Source: an uncultured bacterium (GTDB taxonomy: Bacteria > Krumholzibacteriota > Krumholzibacteriia > LZORAL124-64-63). Taken from it: 64,000 nucleotides of DNA. Shown in pieces: positions 37,180-45,765 of this stretch. The translations under genes were made by a program, and so were the position numbers. Numbering within the stretch: the stretch's first letter is position 1; each line of letters starts with the position of its first letter. Below the pieces are notes generated by a model. The model made no database searches, was not told the DNA's origin, and saw only the letters and a list, made by a program, of their open reading frames with translations. The stretch spans positions 1,025,685 to 1,089,684 of the forward strand of contig CAVSZB010000007.1 of assembly GCA_963732385.1 (NCBI GenBank), read 5' to 3'.

Positions 37180-38060
37180 GAGCCACCTCCGACGCGCGGC
37201 TCCGGCAGCCCGGCGGCAAGCGCCCGCAGGCGCGCCACCGCCAGCGTTTCCGGTCGCGCACCGGGATCGATGCCGGCCCGCTCCGCCGCCTCGACCGCCT
37301 GCGCCGCTGTCAGATCGAACTGCGACCGCAACAGGGTTCCCACCTTCTTGCGACGCTGTCCGAACAGCGCCTTCACTGTCGCCTCGTACTGCCGCCACTC
37401 CGGCTCCGGCCAACTCTCCGCCACGGGGATCAACCGCACCACCGCCGACGCCACCTCGGGCCGCGGCCAGAACACGGTCGGCGGCACCGTGCGCACTATC
37501 CGGGAGGTGAACACGGCCCCCAGCAGCGCCGCCAACACACCGTAGCTGCGCCCTCCCGGCGCAGCGCAGAGGCGATCGGCCACCTCCCGCTGCATCATCA
37601 GGACCGCCCCCGCCACCCGCTCCCGCTGCTCCACCAGCGCAAACAGCACTACGCTGGTAAGCAGGTACGGCAGATTGCCGGCCACCACCGGTCGCGGACC
37701 GGCCGCGGCCAGCGTGGCGGCCCAGTCGAGCCGCGCCAGATCCGCCTCGACCAGCCGCAGACCCGGCTGCGCGCCCAATTCCTCCCGCAGGACGGCACAC
37801 AGCAGGCGATCGACCTCGATCGCGGTCACGGACGCGTGGCCGGCGAGCAGCGGTCCGGTCAGCGCCCCCGCCCCCGCCCCCAGCTCCAGGACGTCCCGCC
37901 CCAGCGCCAGGATCTCCGCCGCGATCGCCTGCGCGATGTTGGCGTCGAGCAGGAAGTTCTGGCCGCGCCGCTTGACCGGCCGGATCCCGTGGGCACGCAA
38001 CAGGGCCGACTGGCTGCGGGTCACGGACGACCCCTCCTGCTGCACGTTATAAATCGTCAC
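37176..38060 (-). CDS. rsmA: 16S rRNA (adenine1518/1519-N6)-dimethyltransferase
   Basis: It has the RRGQNFLLD motif, the SAM-binding VLELGAGAGALT, is 294 aa, and has a GTG start. Confidence 0.9.
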   Translation of the reverse strand: MTIYNVQQEGSSVTRSQSALLRAHGIRPVKRRGQNFLLDANIAQAIAAEILALGRDVLELGAGAGALTGPLLAGHASVTAIEVDRLLCAVLREELGAQPGLRLVEADLARLDWAATLAAAGPRPVVAGNLPYLLTSVVLFALVEQRERVAGAVLMMQREVADRLCAAPGGRSYGVLAALLGAVFTSRIVRTVPPTVFWPRPEVASAVVRLIPVAESWPEPEWRQYEATVKALFGQRRKKVGTLLRSQFDLTAAQAVEAAERAGIDPGARPETLAVARLRALAAGLPEPRVGGGS

Positions 38061-38222
38061 GCCGCGCCGGCGATGATCGCCGCACGGTCAGAACAGCGAC
38101 TGTCCGCTGTCAATAATCGACGCAAGGAACCACGGATCGAGCAAAAACGCGATAGCGAAGGGACGTGCGGGCCATCCTCCAGGGAGGGGCTCGTGTTGAG
38201 GCAGAAGCGCGAATGCTGCATA

Positions 38223-38252
38223 AATACTACCATTTTTACACACCCTGTGTCA
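38223..38252 (-). promoter_or_regulatory. candidate promoter for rsmA/ksgA with an extended -10
   Basis: The minus strand reads TTGACA-18 nt-TGgTAGTAT, inside a lower-GC gap (38061..38249) between tatD and rsmA. Confidence 0.3.
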
Positions 38253-39047
38253 ATCGACAGCCCCGAACAGCGCGGCGCAGGCGGCAGTGGTCCGCTCGGC
38301 CAGGGCTTCCAGGGAGAGGCCGCACACCTGCGCCACGGCCGCCGCGGTCAGGCACAACCAGGCCGGCTCATTGCGCCGGCCGCGCTGCGGGTGCGGCGGC
38401 AGCCAGGGGGCGTCGGTCTCGAGCAGCAGATCGTCCGTCGGGATGCCGCGCAGCAGGTCCGGCAGGGCGCTGCTCCGGTAGGTGACCGGGCCGCCGATGC
38501 CGAGCCGGAAACCGTGCCGCCGCGCCCAGGCCGCCGTCGCGGCGTCCCCCGCGAACGCATGCAGCACGCCGCGGCGCTCCGGCAGCCCCTCCGCCTCAAG
38601 CAGCGCGAGCGCCTCCGGGTAGGCGTCGCGCACGTGCAGGATGACCGGCAGGCCGAGTCGTTTCGCCAGCGCCAGTTGTGCGCGGAAGGCGGCCACCTGC
38701 GCCGGCCGGGGCGAGAGATCGCGGCAGAAATCGAGGCCGATCTCTCCGATCGCCACCACCCGCGGACCGGCCGCCAGCGCGGCGAGCCGGGCCAGCACTG
38801 CGTCGGCGTCGGGTGTGGGGCGGCCGTCCGGATCGGCGAGCCGCGTGGCATCATGCGGATGAATCCCCACGGCGGCCAGGAACCGGCGGTCCTCCCGGGC
38901 AAGCGCGGCAGCGCGTTCGCTGGTCTCGGAGTCATAGCCGACTTCGAGAAAACGGGTCACACCGGCCGCTTCCGCCCGCTCCAGAACCTGCTCGCGATCA
39001 TCATTGTATTCGGCGCGGCCAATATGGAGGTGGCTGTCAACGAGCAA
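38250..39047 (-). CDS. TatD-family metal-dependent hydrolase/DNase
   Basis: The N-terminal His pair is MLVDSHLHI. The conserved E and H/D positions are present (IGEIGLD, HVRDA). It is 265 aa. Confidence 0.85.
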   Translation of the reverse strand: MLVDSHLHIGRAEYNDDREQVLERAEAAGVTRFLEVGYDSETSERAAALAREDRRFLAAVGIHPHDATRLADPDGRPTPDADAVLARLAALAAGPRVVAIGEIGLDFCRDLSPRPAQVAAFRAQLALAKRLGLPVILHVRDAYPEALALLEAEGLPERRGVLHAFAGDAATAAWARRHGFRLGIGGPVTYRSSALPDLLRGIPTDDLLLETDAPWLPPHPQRGRRNEPAWLCLTAAAVAQVCGLSLEALAERTTAACAALFGAVD

Positions 39048-39055
39048 ACGGCCCC

Positions 39056-39916
39056 CTAGCCCCGCTTGCGCGCGCAGCGCCTGCCGGGACGGGAGCGGGA
39101 CGCCGGCAGATCCTGGTCGCGTTCCCAGGCCAGTCGCTCCGGCGGCAGGACTGCCATCTCATCCTCGGCGGCAAAGTGGACCGTCAACTGCTCGCGCATC
39201 AGGTCGACCTTGCGCACGATTCCCGTCCGCTCGCCGTCGCGCACCGTCGCCCCCACGCGCGGCAGGCGCGTCTGCGCCTCCCGGTAGCCGGCATGCTCAT
39301 AGGCGAGGCAGCAACGCAATCGGCCGCACAGGCCCGACAGCTTCTGGGGCGAAAGCGGCAACATCTGTTCCTTGGCCATCTTCAGGGAGACAGGCACGAA
39401 ATCGTCGAGAAACCCGCTGCAACAGAGCTCCCGGCCGCAGACTCCCAGCCCCCCCTTGAAGCGCGCCTCGTCGCGCACCCCGATCTGCCGCAGCTCGATG
39501 CGCGTGCGGAACACCCCGGCCAGATCCTTGACCAGATCGCGGAAATCGACCCGTTTCTCGGCGGTGAAGAAGAAGGTGATCTTGTTGTGATCGAACTGCC
39601 GTTCCGCGGAAACCAGATCCATCTCCAGACCGAACTGCTGGATCTTCTCCCGGCAGATGTCGTAGAACTGCCATTCGTCGCCGCGGTTCTCCTGCAGCTT
39701 CGCCAGATCCGCCGGCTCCGCCAGCGCCAGCACCCCCTGCTCGCCCGCCTGCCGCCGCCAGTGCGCCTTCCCGGGACCGACGTAGGTCACCCGGCCGAGG
39801 TCCCGACCCCGGTCGGCCTCCACGATGCAGTAGTCGCCTGCACAGACCGGCACCTGCCGCCGGTTGTGATAGTACGACTTGCGGCGTCCCTTGAACTGGA
39901 CGAGCACCACCGGCTC
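39056..39916 (-). CDS. PSP1 C-terminal domain protein (YaaT/RicT-like)
   Basis: It has the VVLVQFKGRRKSYYHN, DYCIVEADRGRDLG and ELRQIGVRD PSP1 blocks. I moved the start to GTG about 39916 to remove the overlap with holB. The upstream Arg/Pro-rich track N-terminus looks untranslated. Confidence 0.7.
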   Translation of the reverse strand, partial: EPVVLVQFKGRRKSYYHNRRQVPVCAGDYCIVEADRGRDLGRVTYVGPGKAHWRRQAGEQGVLALAEPADLAKLQENRGDEWQFYDICREKIQQFGLEMDLVSAERQFDHNKITFFFTAEKRVDFRDLVKDLAGVFRTRIELRQIGVRDEARFKGGLGVCGRELCCSGFLDDFVPVSLKMAKEQMLPLSPQKLSGLCGRLRCCLAYEHAGYREAQTRLPRVGATVRDGERTGIVRKVDLMREQLTVHFAAEDEMAVLPPERLAWERDQDLPASRSRPGRRCARKRG

Positions 39917-39989
39917 GTCGACCGACAGAGCGGACTCCGCCGCCGCTTCCCGCCGCGGCGGACGCGGGCGACGCGGGCGTTGCGGAGCA

Positions 39990-41180
39990 TCAGGGGCCGG
40001 TTGCGGCCCGGTCCTGTTCGGCATTGCTGACCAGTCCTTGCAGCAGAGCGGCCATGGTGAGGCCGAGGTTCAGATTGCGATCGATGTCGCCCTTGGCCCG
40101 TTCGAGACGCGTGATGTCGTCGAGCAGGCTCCGGGTGCTGCGCCGACCGGCAAGATCGCGCAACCGCGCCGCCTTCGCGGGCCGCCGCGGCTGCCAGTCG
40201 GCACCGCGCGCCCGGCAGGCGAGCAGGTCACCATAATACAGATTGAGCATCTCGCACAACTGCAGGGCGCGCCCCCGGCGTTCCGCCAGATCGGCCGCGA
40301 CCGGCGGCGCCGGCAACGACACACCTTCATCGTCCTCCCCCTCGGGCACGATCCCCTTGTGCAGCATCTCGGCAGCCAGGTACGCGGACGAGGCGACGCC
40401 CGCGTGGATCCTCTCCAGGATCTCGCCCGCCCAGACGTACACCGCCGCCACATCCGGCTCGCACAGCGCGAGCGCCTTGCGCACGCTCCCGTCAGCCGCG
40501 CGCGCCAGCGCGGCGGCCCGGATCGGGGATTCGCCGCGGGCGGCCAGCAGCGCTGCCAGTTCCTCCTCCGGGTACGGTTCGAACCGCACCGCCTGGCAGC
40601 GGGAGACCAGCGTCGGCAGCATGGCGGCACGGTTAGAGGTCAGCAGGAGGATGAGGGCGCTCGGGGGGGGTTCTTCAAGGGTCTTGAGGAAGGCGTTCGC
40701 CGCTTCGGCCGTGAACCGGTGGGCATTCATCACGATCGCCACCTTGAACCGCCCCTGGAACGGCTGCAGCCGCAGGAAACGCAGCAGGGCGCGCACCGTC
40801 AGCGGCGCGGGGTCGTCCACGGCGCCGATGGTGACGTCAGACGAGGCGGCGAAAGGGGGTTGGTAGAAGCAATCGTCCCGCTTGGCGGCCAGCAGTTCGG
40901 CCGTTTCGGCCTCCCCGAGGGAGGCCGGCGCAGGCCCGATCCAGCGGATGTCGGGATGCTGGAAACTGACCGCCTTGGCGCAGCTCTCGCAGAGCGGCAC
41001 GGCGGCGCAGGCCGGCGAGCGGGCACAGTTGGCCAGCCGCGCCAGCTCGAGCGCGGTCACCTCCTTGCCCGACCCTTCGGGGCCATGAAAAAGGTGGGCC
41101 TGGCCGAGCGTGCCGGCATCGACAGCCTGGCGCAGGCGCGCCAGGACCGCCGCTCGCGCGGGAAAACCGATCTGTGGCAA
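39990..41180 (-). CDS. holB: DNA polymerase III delta-prime subunit
   Basis: It has an AAA+ fold with a degenerate Walker A (HGPEGSGKE), the Cys zinc module (CxxxxC...CxxC), and the sensor-2/Box VII region LVSRCQAVRF. Confidence 0.8.
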   Translation of the reverse strand: MPQIGFPARAAVLARLRQAVDAGTLGQAHLFHGPEGSGKEVTALELARLANCARSPACAAVPLCESCAKAVSFQHPDIRWIGPAPASLGEAETAELLAAKRDDCFYQPPFAASSDVTIGAVDDPAPLTVRALLRFLRLQPFQGRFKVAIVMNAHRFTAEAANAFLKTLEEPPPSALILLLTSNRAAMLPTLVSRCQAVRFEPYPEEELAALLAARGESPIRAAALARAADGSVRKALALCEPDVAAVYVWAGEILERIHAGVASSAYLAAEMLHKGIVPEGEDDEGVSLPAPPVAADLAERRGRALQLCEMLNLYYGDLLACRARGADWQPRRPAKAARLRDLAGRRSTRSLLDDITRLERAKGDIDRNLNLGLTMAALLQGLVSNAEQDRAATGP

Positions 41181-41195
41181 GACAGCCCCCGTCGA

Positions 41196-42458
41196 TCAGC
41201 CGCGGGCCCGCAGCCAGGGCAGCGGGTCCACGGGCGTGCGTCCGCGCCGGATCTCGAAGTAGAGCTGGGGTTTGCCCCCGCCCTCCGGCTCGCCCACCTC
41301 GGCCACGACCTGCCCCGACGCCACCTGGTCGCCACGCGCCACGAAGACGCGGGCGGCGTGAGCGTACAGGGAGTAGAAGCCGTCGCCGTGGTCAACGATA
41401 ACGCACTGGCCGTAGCCGGGCAATCGATCGACGAAAACAACCGCACCGGCGGCCACGGTCCGGACCGGAGCGCCGAGAGAGGCGCCGATGGCGATTCCGT
41501 TGTGTACGGTGACCGTTTTGAATTCCGGATGCACGGAACGTCCGAACGGTCGCAGCACCGGGCCGTCGACCGGCCACTGCAGACGGCCGGCCGCCTCGCC
41601 GAACGGCGACACTCCGGAGGGCGGAGTCGGCTCGGCCCCGCCCAGGCGACGGCTCTCGAGCGCCGACAATACGTCGGTCAGACGGCGGGCGTTGGCTTCG
41701 AGTTCGGCCAGACTCGATTCTACCTGCCGCCGCTCCTGTCGCACCCCGCGCAGGCCCTCCTGCCGCTCCGCTTCGATCTCCTCCAGACGAGACCGCTCAC
41801 GGCGCGCCTCCTCGCGGGCCTCCCAGATTCCCGACAGAGCCGCCCGCAGTTCCCCTTCCTGCGCCAGGACCGCCGTGCTCTGCTCGCGCGTGCGATCGAG
41901 CAGCCGGCGGTCGAGACGGGACATCAGCGTGGCGTACTTCAGACGCGCCACAAGCGCCGTGTAGCTGTTCGCAGTGAGAACCGCCTCGAGGTCGCTGCGC
42001 GGTCCCCGCACATAGAGCGCACGCAGACGCCGCGCCAGATCGGTCCGGCGCCGGCCGAATTCCGTCTGATGGCGCGCCAGTTCGGCGCTCAGGGTGTCGC
42101 TGCGCTGCTGCAGGATCCGTTCGCGGGCGTCGAGATTGCCAAGCAGGGTGCGGACGAGACCGACCTCTTCCTCGATGTTGCGCAACCGCGCCGCGGCATC
42201 GCGTTCGCGGTCGGCCAGCGCGGCCGCGCGTTCCCGGTGGACCTGGATGCGCTCGCGCAGCGCGGCGAGCTGCCGGGAGCTCTCCTCCACTTCGCGCTCG
42301 CTGACCGGAGCCGTCGGTCCCGACGCCGGTCCCGGCGCCTGCGCCCACGAACGCGCGCCGACCGAGAGGATCAACAACAGCGCGGCGGCGACCGCGGCCA
42401 CGGCCGTCGTCGATCGGCAGCGACCGGCGGCGCTCACGCCAGGGCCGGACAGACGCAC
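41196..42458 (-). CDS. murein hydrolase activator EnvC-like (coiled coil plus M23 peptidase domain)
   Basis: It has a signal peptide and a long coiled coil (LRERIQVHRERAAALADRERDAAARLRNIEEE...). The C-terminal M23 region reads HNGIAIGASLGAPVRTVAAGAVVF...YAHAARVFV. Confidence 0.75.
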   Translation of the reverse strand: MRLSGPGVSAAGRCRSTTAVAAVAAALLLILSVGARSWAQAPGPASGPTAPVSEREVEESSRQLAALRERIQVHRERAAALADRERDAAARLRNIEEEVGLVRTLLGNLDARERILQQRSDTLSAELARHQTEFGRRRTDLARRLRALYVRGPRSDLEAVLTANSYTALVARLKYATLMSRLDRRLLDRTREQSTAVLAQEGELRAALSGIWEAREEARRERSRLEEIEAERQEGLRGVRQERRQVESSLAELEANARRLTDVLSALESRRLGGAEPTPPSGVSPFGEAAGRLQWPVDGPVLRPFGRSVHPEFKTVTVHNGIAIGASLGAPVRTVAAGAVVFVDRLPGYGQCVIVDHGDGFYSLYAHAARVFVARGDQVASGQVVAEVGEPEGGGKPQLYFEIRRGRTPVDPLPWLRARG

Positions 42459-42467
42459 AGGATCCTC

Positions 42468-43350
42468 CTAGAGGCGCAGATACTTGTGCAGGGCCGCCCA
42501 GCTCCCGATCAGGCCCAGCCCGACGCAGAAGACCACGAAACCGGCGATCTGGCCCGGCGCGAAGAAGAGCAGGCCGGCGATCTGCGGGCGCAGGATCTCG
42601 TGGGCGACGATCAGGACGGTCATCGCCAGCAGACCGCCGAGCAGCCCCTCCAGCGCCCCCTCGAACAGGAACGGCGTGCGGATGAAGGCGTTGGTGGCCC
42701 CCACCTGTTTCATGATCTCGACCGCGCGCGCCGACGAGGCCACCGTCAACTTGACCGTGTTCGAGATGACGAACACCGCGGATACGAAGACCACCAGACC
42801 GACGATCAGCGTGGCGGTGGCGAATACGTTCTGCCAGCGATCGAGCAGCCGCGACCACTCCTCGCTGAAAGCCACCTCGGCCACGCCCGGCCAGCGCCGG
42901 ATGTCCTCCGCCACGTTCCGCTGGCTGCCGGAAGCCAAAGCCGCGTCCGTGAGGATGACATGGAACGAGGCCGGCAGCGGATTTTCCTCGAGCGCGTCGA
43001 GCAACTCGGTCTGATCCCCCAGCTCACGACGGAACTCCGCCAGCGCCGCCTCCTTCGAGACGTAGTCGACCCGTTTGACACCGGGCAACCCGGTCAGGTG
43101 ACGATGCAGCGCGGAGGCGTCGGCGTCGCTCATGCTGTCGTCGAGGAATACGCGCACGTCGATGCCGGTGCGCGCGCGTTCGAGCAGCGCGCCGATGTTG
43201 ATCGTGATGATCGAAAACAGGGCCAGCACCAGCAGCGCCGACCCCATGATCAGAATCGTGACGCCGGTGGTCAACTTCCGGCGCCGGAAGCCGGCGACCG
43301 ACTCCCGGAGGACATAGCCGGTCTGGGTGCGGTTAAACAGGGGAACCACC
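42468..43350 (-). CDS. ftsX: cell-division ABC transporter permease FtsX
   Basis: It has four TM helices with a large periplasmic loop between TM1 and TM2. Its position after ftsE fits ftsX. The start is probably GTG near 43343-43350, because the track Met at 43421 overlaps ftsE. Confidence 0.8.
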
Positions 43351-44196
43351 TCCCGGCGTGGTGTCGGCCGGCGCCGCTGCGGCGGCCGCGTCTGCCGCCT
43401 GGCGCTCCGCGCGCCGCTCACGCTCGACGACCTCCCGCGGGCGATACATGCGATCGGTAAGGCGGGAGGTGCGCCGATCGGCCAGGTAGCGTTCCTCGTC
43501 CGATACCAGCCGCCCCGCCTCGAGCACCAGCACTCGCTGGCCGAAGGTCTTGACGATTTCGTGATCGTGGGTGCTGAACAGGACGCAGGTGCCCGCCTCG
43601 TTGATCCGGAACAACAGATCCACGATCTCCTGGGCCACCGCCGGATCGAGATTGCCGGTCGGCTCGTCGGCCAGCAGGATCTTGGGACTGTTGACGATGG
43701 CGCGCGCGATCGCCACGCGCTGCTGTTCGCCCCCGGAAAGGGTCTGCGGCCGCTGCTCCCGCTTGGACCACAGTCCCACCTGCGTCAGGGCGCGGGTGAC
43801 GTTGCGCTTGATCTCCGCCCCAGGCACCCCCACCACGAGTTGGGCGAAGGCGACGTTGGCGAAGACGCTGCGATCTTCAAGCAGGCGGAAATCCTGGAAT
43901 ACGAAGCCGATCTCGCGCCGCAGGCGGGGGATCAGCCGTCGGTTCATGCGCGTGGCGATCATGCCGCGCACGATGATCTGGCCGTTCGTCGGGAAGGCGT
44001 CCATGGTGATCAGTCGCAGGATGCTGCTCTTGCCGGCGCCGCTCGGGCCGGTGATGCAGACGAATTCCCCGTTGGCAAGGTTGAAGGAAACCTCTTCAAG
44101 AGCCTTCGTCCGACCGTACGCCAGCTCGACATGGTGGAAGGATACGATCGTCCGCGGATCGAGCGGGCCCTTGAGGAACTGACTGTCGGCTTTCAC
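43333..44196 (-). CDS. ftsE: cell-division ABC transporter ATP-binding protein FtsE, with a ~60-aa low-complexity C-terminal tail
   Basis: It has Walker A GPSGAGKSS, Q-loop, signature LSGGEQQRVAIARA, Walker B ILLADEPTGNLD and H-loop. The tail reads ...RRAERQAADAAAAAAPADTTPGGGSPV. Confidence 0.85.
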   Translation of the reverse strand: MKADSQFLKGPLDPRTIVSFHHVELAYGRTKALEEVSFNLANGEFVCITGPSGAGKSSILRLITMDAFPTNGQIIVRGMIATRMNRRLIPRLRREIGFVFQDFRLLEDRSVFANVAFAQLVVGVPGAEIKRNVTRALTQVGLWSKREQRPQTLSGGEQQRVAIARAIVNSPKILLADEPTGNLDPAVAQEIVDLLFRINEAGTCVLFSTHDHEIVKTFGQRVLVLEAGRLVSDEERYLADRRTSRLTDRMYRPREVVERERRAERQAADAAAAAAPADTTPGGGSPV

Positions 44197-44309
44197 CTGC
44201 GTTGAGCCTCCGTGCCGCGCGCCCCGCGCCCTCCTGGCGCAACCTGCCCGGGCTTGCCGGTCCGCGTGGCTCCGGCAGGCATGCAGGACTCGTGCCCGTC
44301 TCGGCCGTC

Positions 44310-45698
44310 TCAGCCCTTCAACTGGACGTAGAAACGCTCCCGCAGACCGGCCACGTACCGGGCAAGCTCCACCTGGAGCTTCTCCGACTCCACGGCCCGG
44401 CGCACGTTGTCATGCACCTCTTCGTATGTCGGCAGGCGTCCCGGCCGCCGCGCCCGTACCTCGAAGATATAGAATCCGGCGGGGGTCTGGACCGGATCGG
44501 TCACCTGTCCGGGCAGGCGTCCGGAGAGTGCCTCCTGAAAACGGGCCGAAAGGTCATCGACCGGGAAAGTGCCGAGCGCGCCACCACGGGCCGCGCTCGG
44601 TTCGGCGGAGACCTCGGCGGCCACTGTCGCGAAAGCCTCGCCGGCCAGCAGCCGGGCATGCGCGGCGTCGGCGCGGGCACGGGCCGCGTCCACATCGGCC
44701 GCCGCGACCTGGAGCGGGAAGAAAATCTGGCTGACGAGGCGCCCCTCGCCCTCGACCGCGTCGACATGCATGACGTGCAGACCACGCTCGGTCACGATGG
44801 GCCGACTCGTCTCGCCCGGACCCAGGGCGAACACCGTCTCCTCGAGTCGCCGGTCGTACAGGTCTCCCCGCCTGAGCTTGCCGAGACTGCCGCCCCGCTC
44901 CCGGCCGGGCCCCTCCGTGTGACGGGCGGCGACCTCGGCGAAGGGGCGGCCGGCGCCCAGCTCCTGCATGACGCCGCCCAGCTTGCGCTGGAGGTCGCGC
45001 TGCGCCTCTTCGGAAGGCTGAATCGGCACGAGAATGCTGCCGAGCGTAACGCTGTCGGGCGCCGCGCCGATCTCGGCCTGGTGCGCCGCGTAGTAGGCTG
45101 CGACCTCGTCTTCCCGTACCTCGATCCCGCTGCGCACGAAACGGTTGACCACGGCCGACATGAAGCGCCGGTCCCGCAGTTGCGCCGTCGTCCGTGCGCG
45201 GTAGTCGGCCAGGTTCATGCCGCTGCGTTCGAGTTCGCTCTCGAGGGCTTCCTGCGAGCCGAAATGACGCACCAGTTCCGCGATGTTCGACTCCACATCC
45301 TCCTGGACCGCCGCGTCCTCCACCTCGATTTCCGCCTCCCGCGCGGCCGCGATCATCAGCTTGCTCTCGATCAGCCGATCGAGAACCTCCTGGCGGGTGC
45401 CCGCTTCGTCGCCGGTGTCCGTGTCGCCGCTCCCCTGGGTCCGCTCCAGCCTGTACAGCGCGATTTCGCGCTCGAGCTCGCTCATGAGCACCGGTTCCTC
45501 ATCCACGATGGCGATCACGCGGTCGAGCAGGACCGGTCCGGAGGGGAGTGCGCTGACGCCGGGGGCGACCGCCGCCGCGGGCGGTTCCTGAGCACGCGCG
45601 GTGCCCGCGGGAGCGAGCGGAACCGACAACAGCCCGGCCAGCGCGGCGGCACCGGCGACGCACCCGACGGCGCGGAGCTGCAGGCTGTTCATACGCAT
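44310..45698 (-). CDS. periplasmic chaperone/PPIase, SurA-like (SurA_N plus PpiC parvulin domain)
   Basis: I place the start at MRMNSLQL... after a GGAGG RBS. It has a signal peptide and the parvulin block GSLGKLRRGDLYDRRLEETVFALGPGETSRPIVTERGLHVMHV. Confidence 0.7.
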   Translation of the reverse strand: MRMNSLQLRAVGCVAGAAALAGLLSVPLAPAGTARAQEPPAAAVAPGVSALPSGPVLLDRVIAIVDEEPVLMSELEREIALYRLERTQGSGDTDTGDEAGTRQEVLDRLIESKLMIAAAREAEIEVEDAAVQEDVESNIAELVRHFGSQEALESELERSGMNLADYRARTTAQLRDRRFMSAVVNRFVRSGIEVREDEVAAYYAAHQAEIGAAPDSVTLGSILVPIQPSEEAQRDLQRKLGGVMQELGAGRPFAEVAARHTEGPGRERGGSLGKLRRGDLYDRRLEETVFALGPGETSRPIVTERGLHVMHVDAVEGEGRLVSQIFFPLQVAAADVDAARARADAAHARLLAGEAFATVAAEVSAEPSAARGGALGTFPVDDLSARFQEALSGRLPGQVTDPVQTPAGFYIFEVRARRPGRLPTYEEVHDNVRRAVESEKLQVELARYVAGLRERFYVQLKG

Positions 45699-45765
45699 GA
45701 CCGTACGCCTCCGGCGGGGGAACGGAAATAAGGACGCCGGGGCCGCAGCCCCGGCGCCCGGAAAA

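Noticed and set aside
44197-44309. There is an imperfect inverted repeat (CTTGCCGG...CCGGCAGG) between the SurA-like gene and ftsE.
   Set aside because: The stem has a mismatch, there is no U tract, and the strength is background-level for this GC content. I did not call it a terminator.
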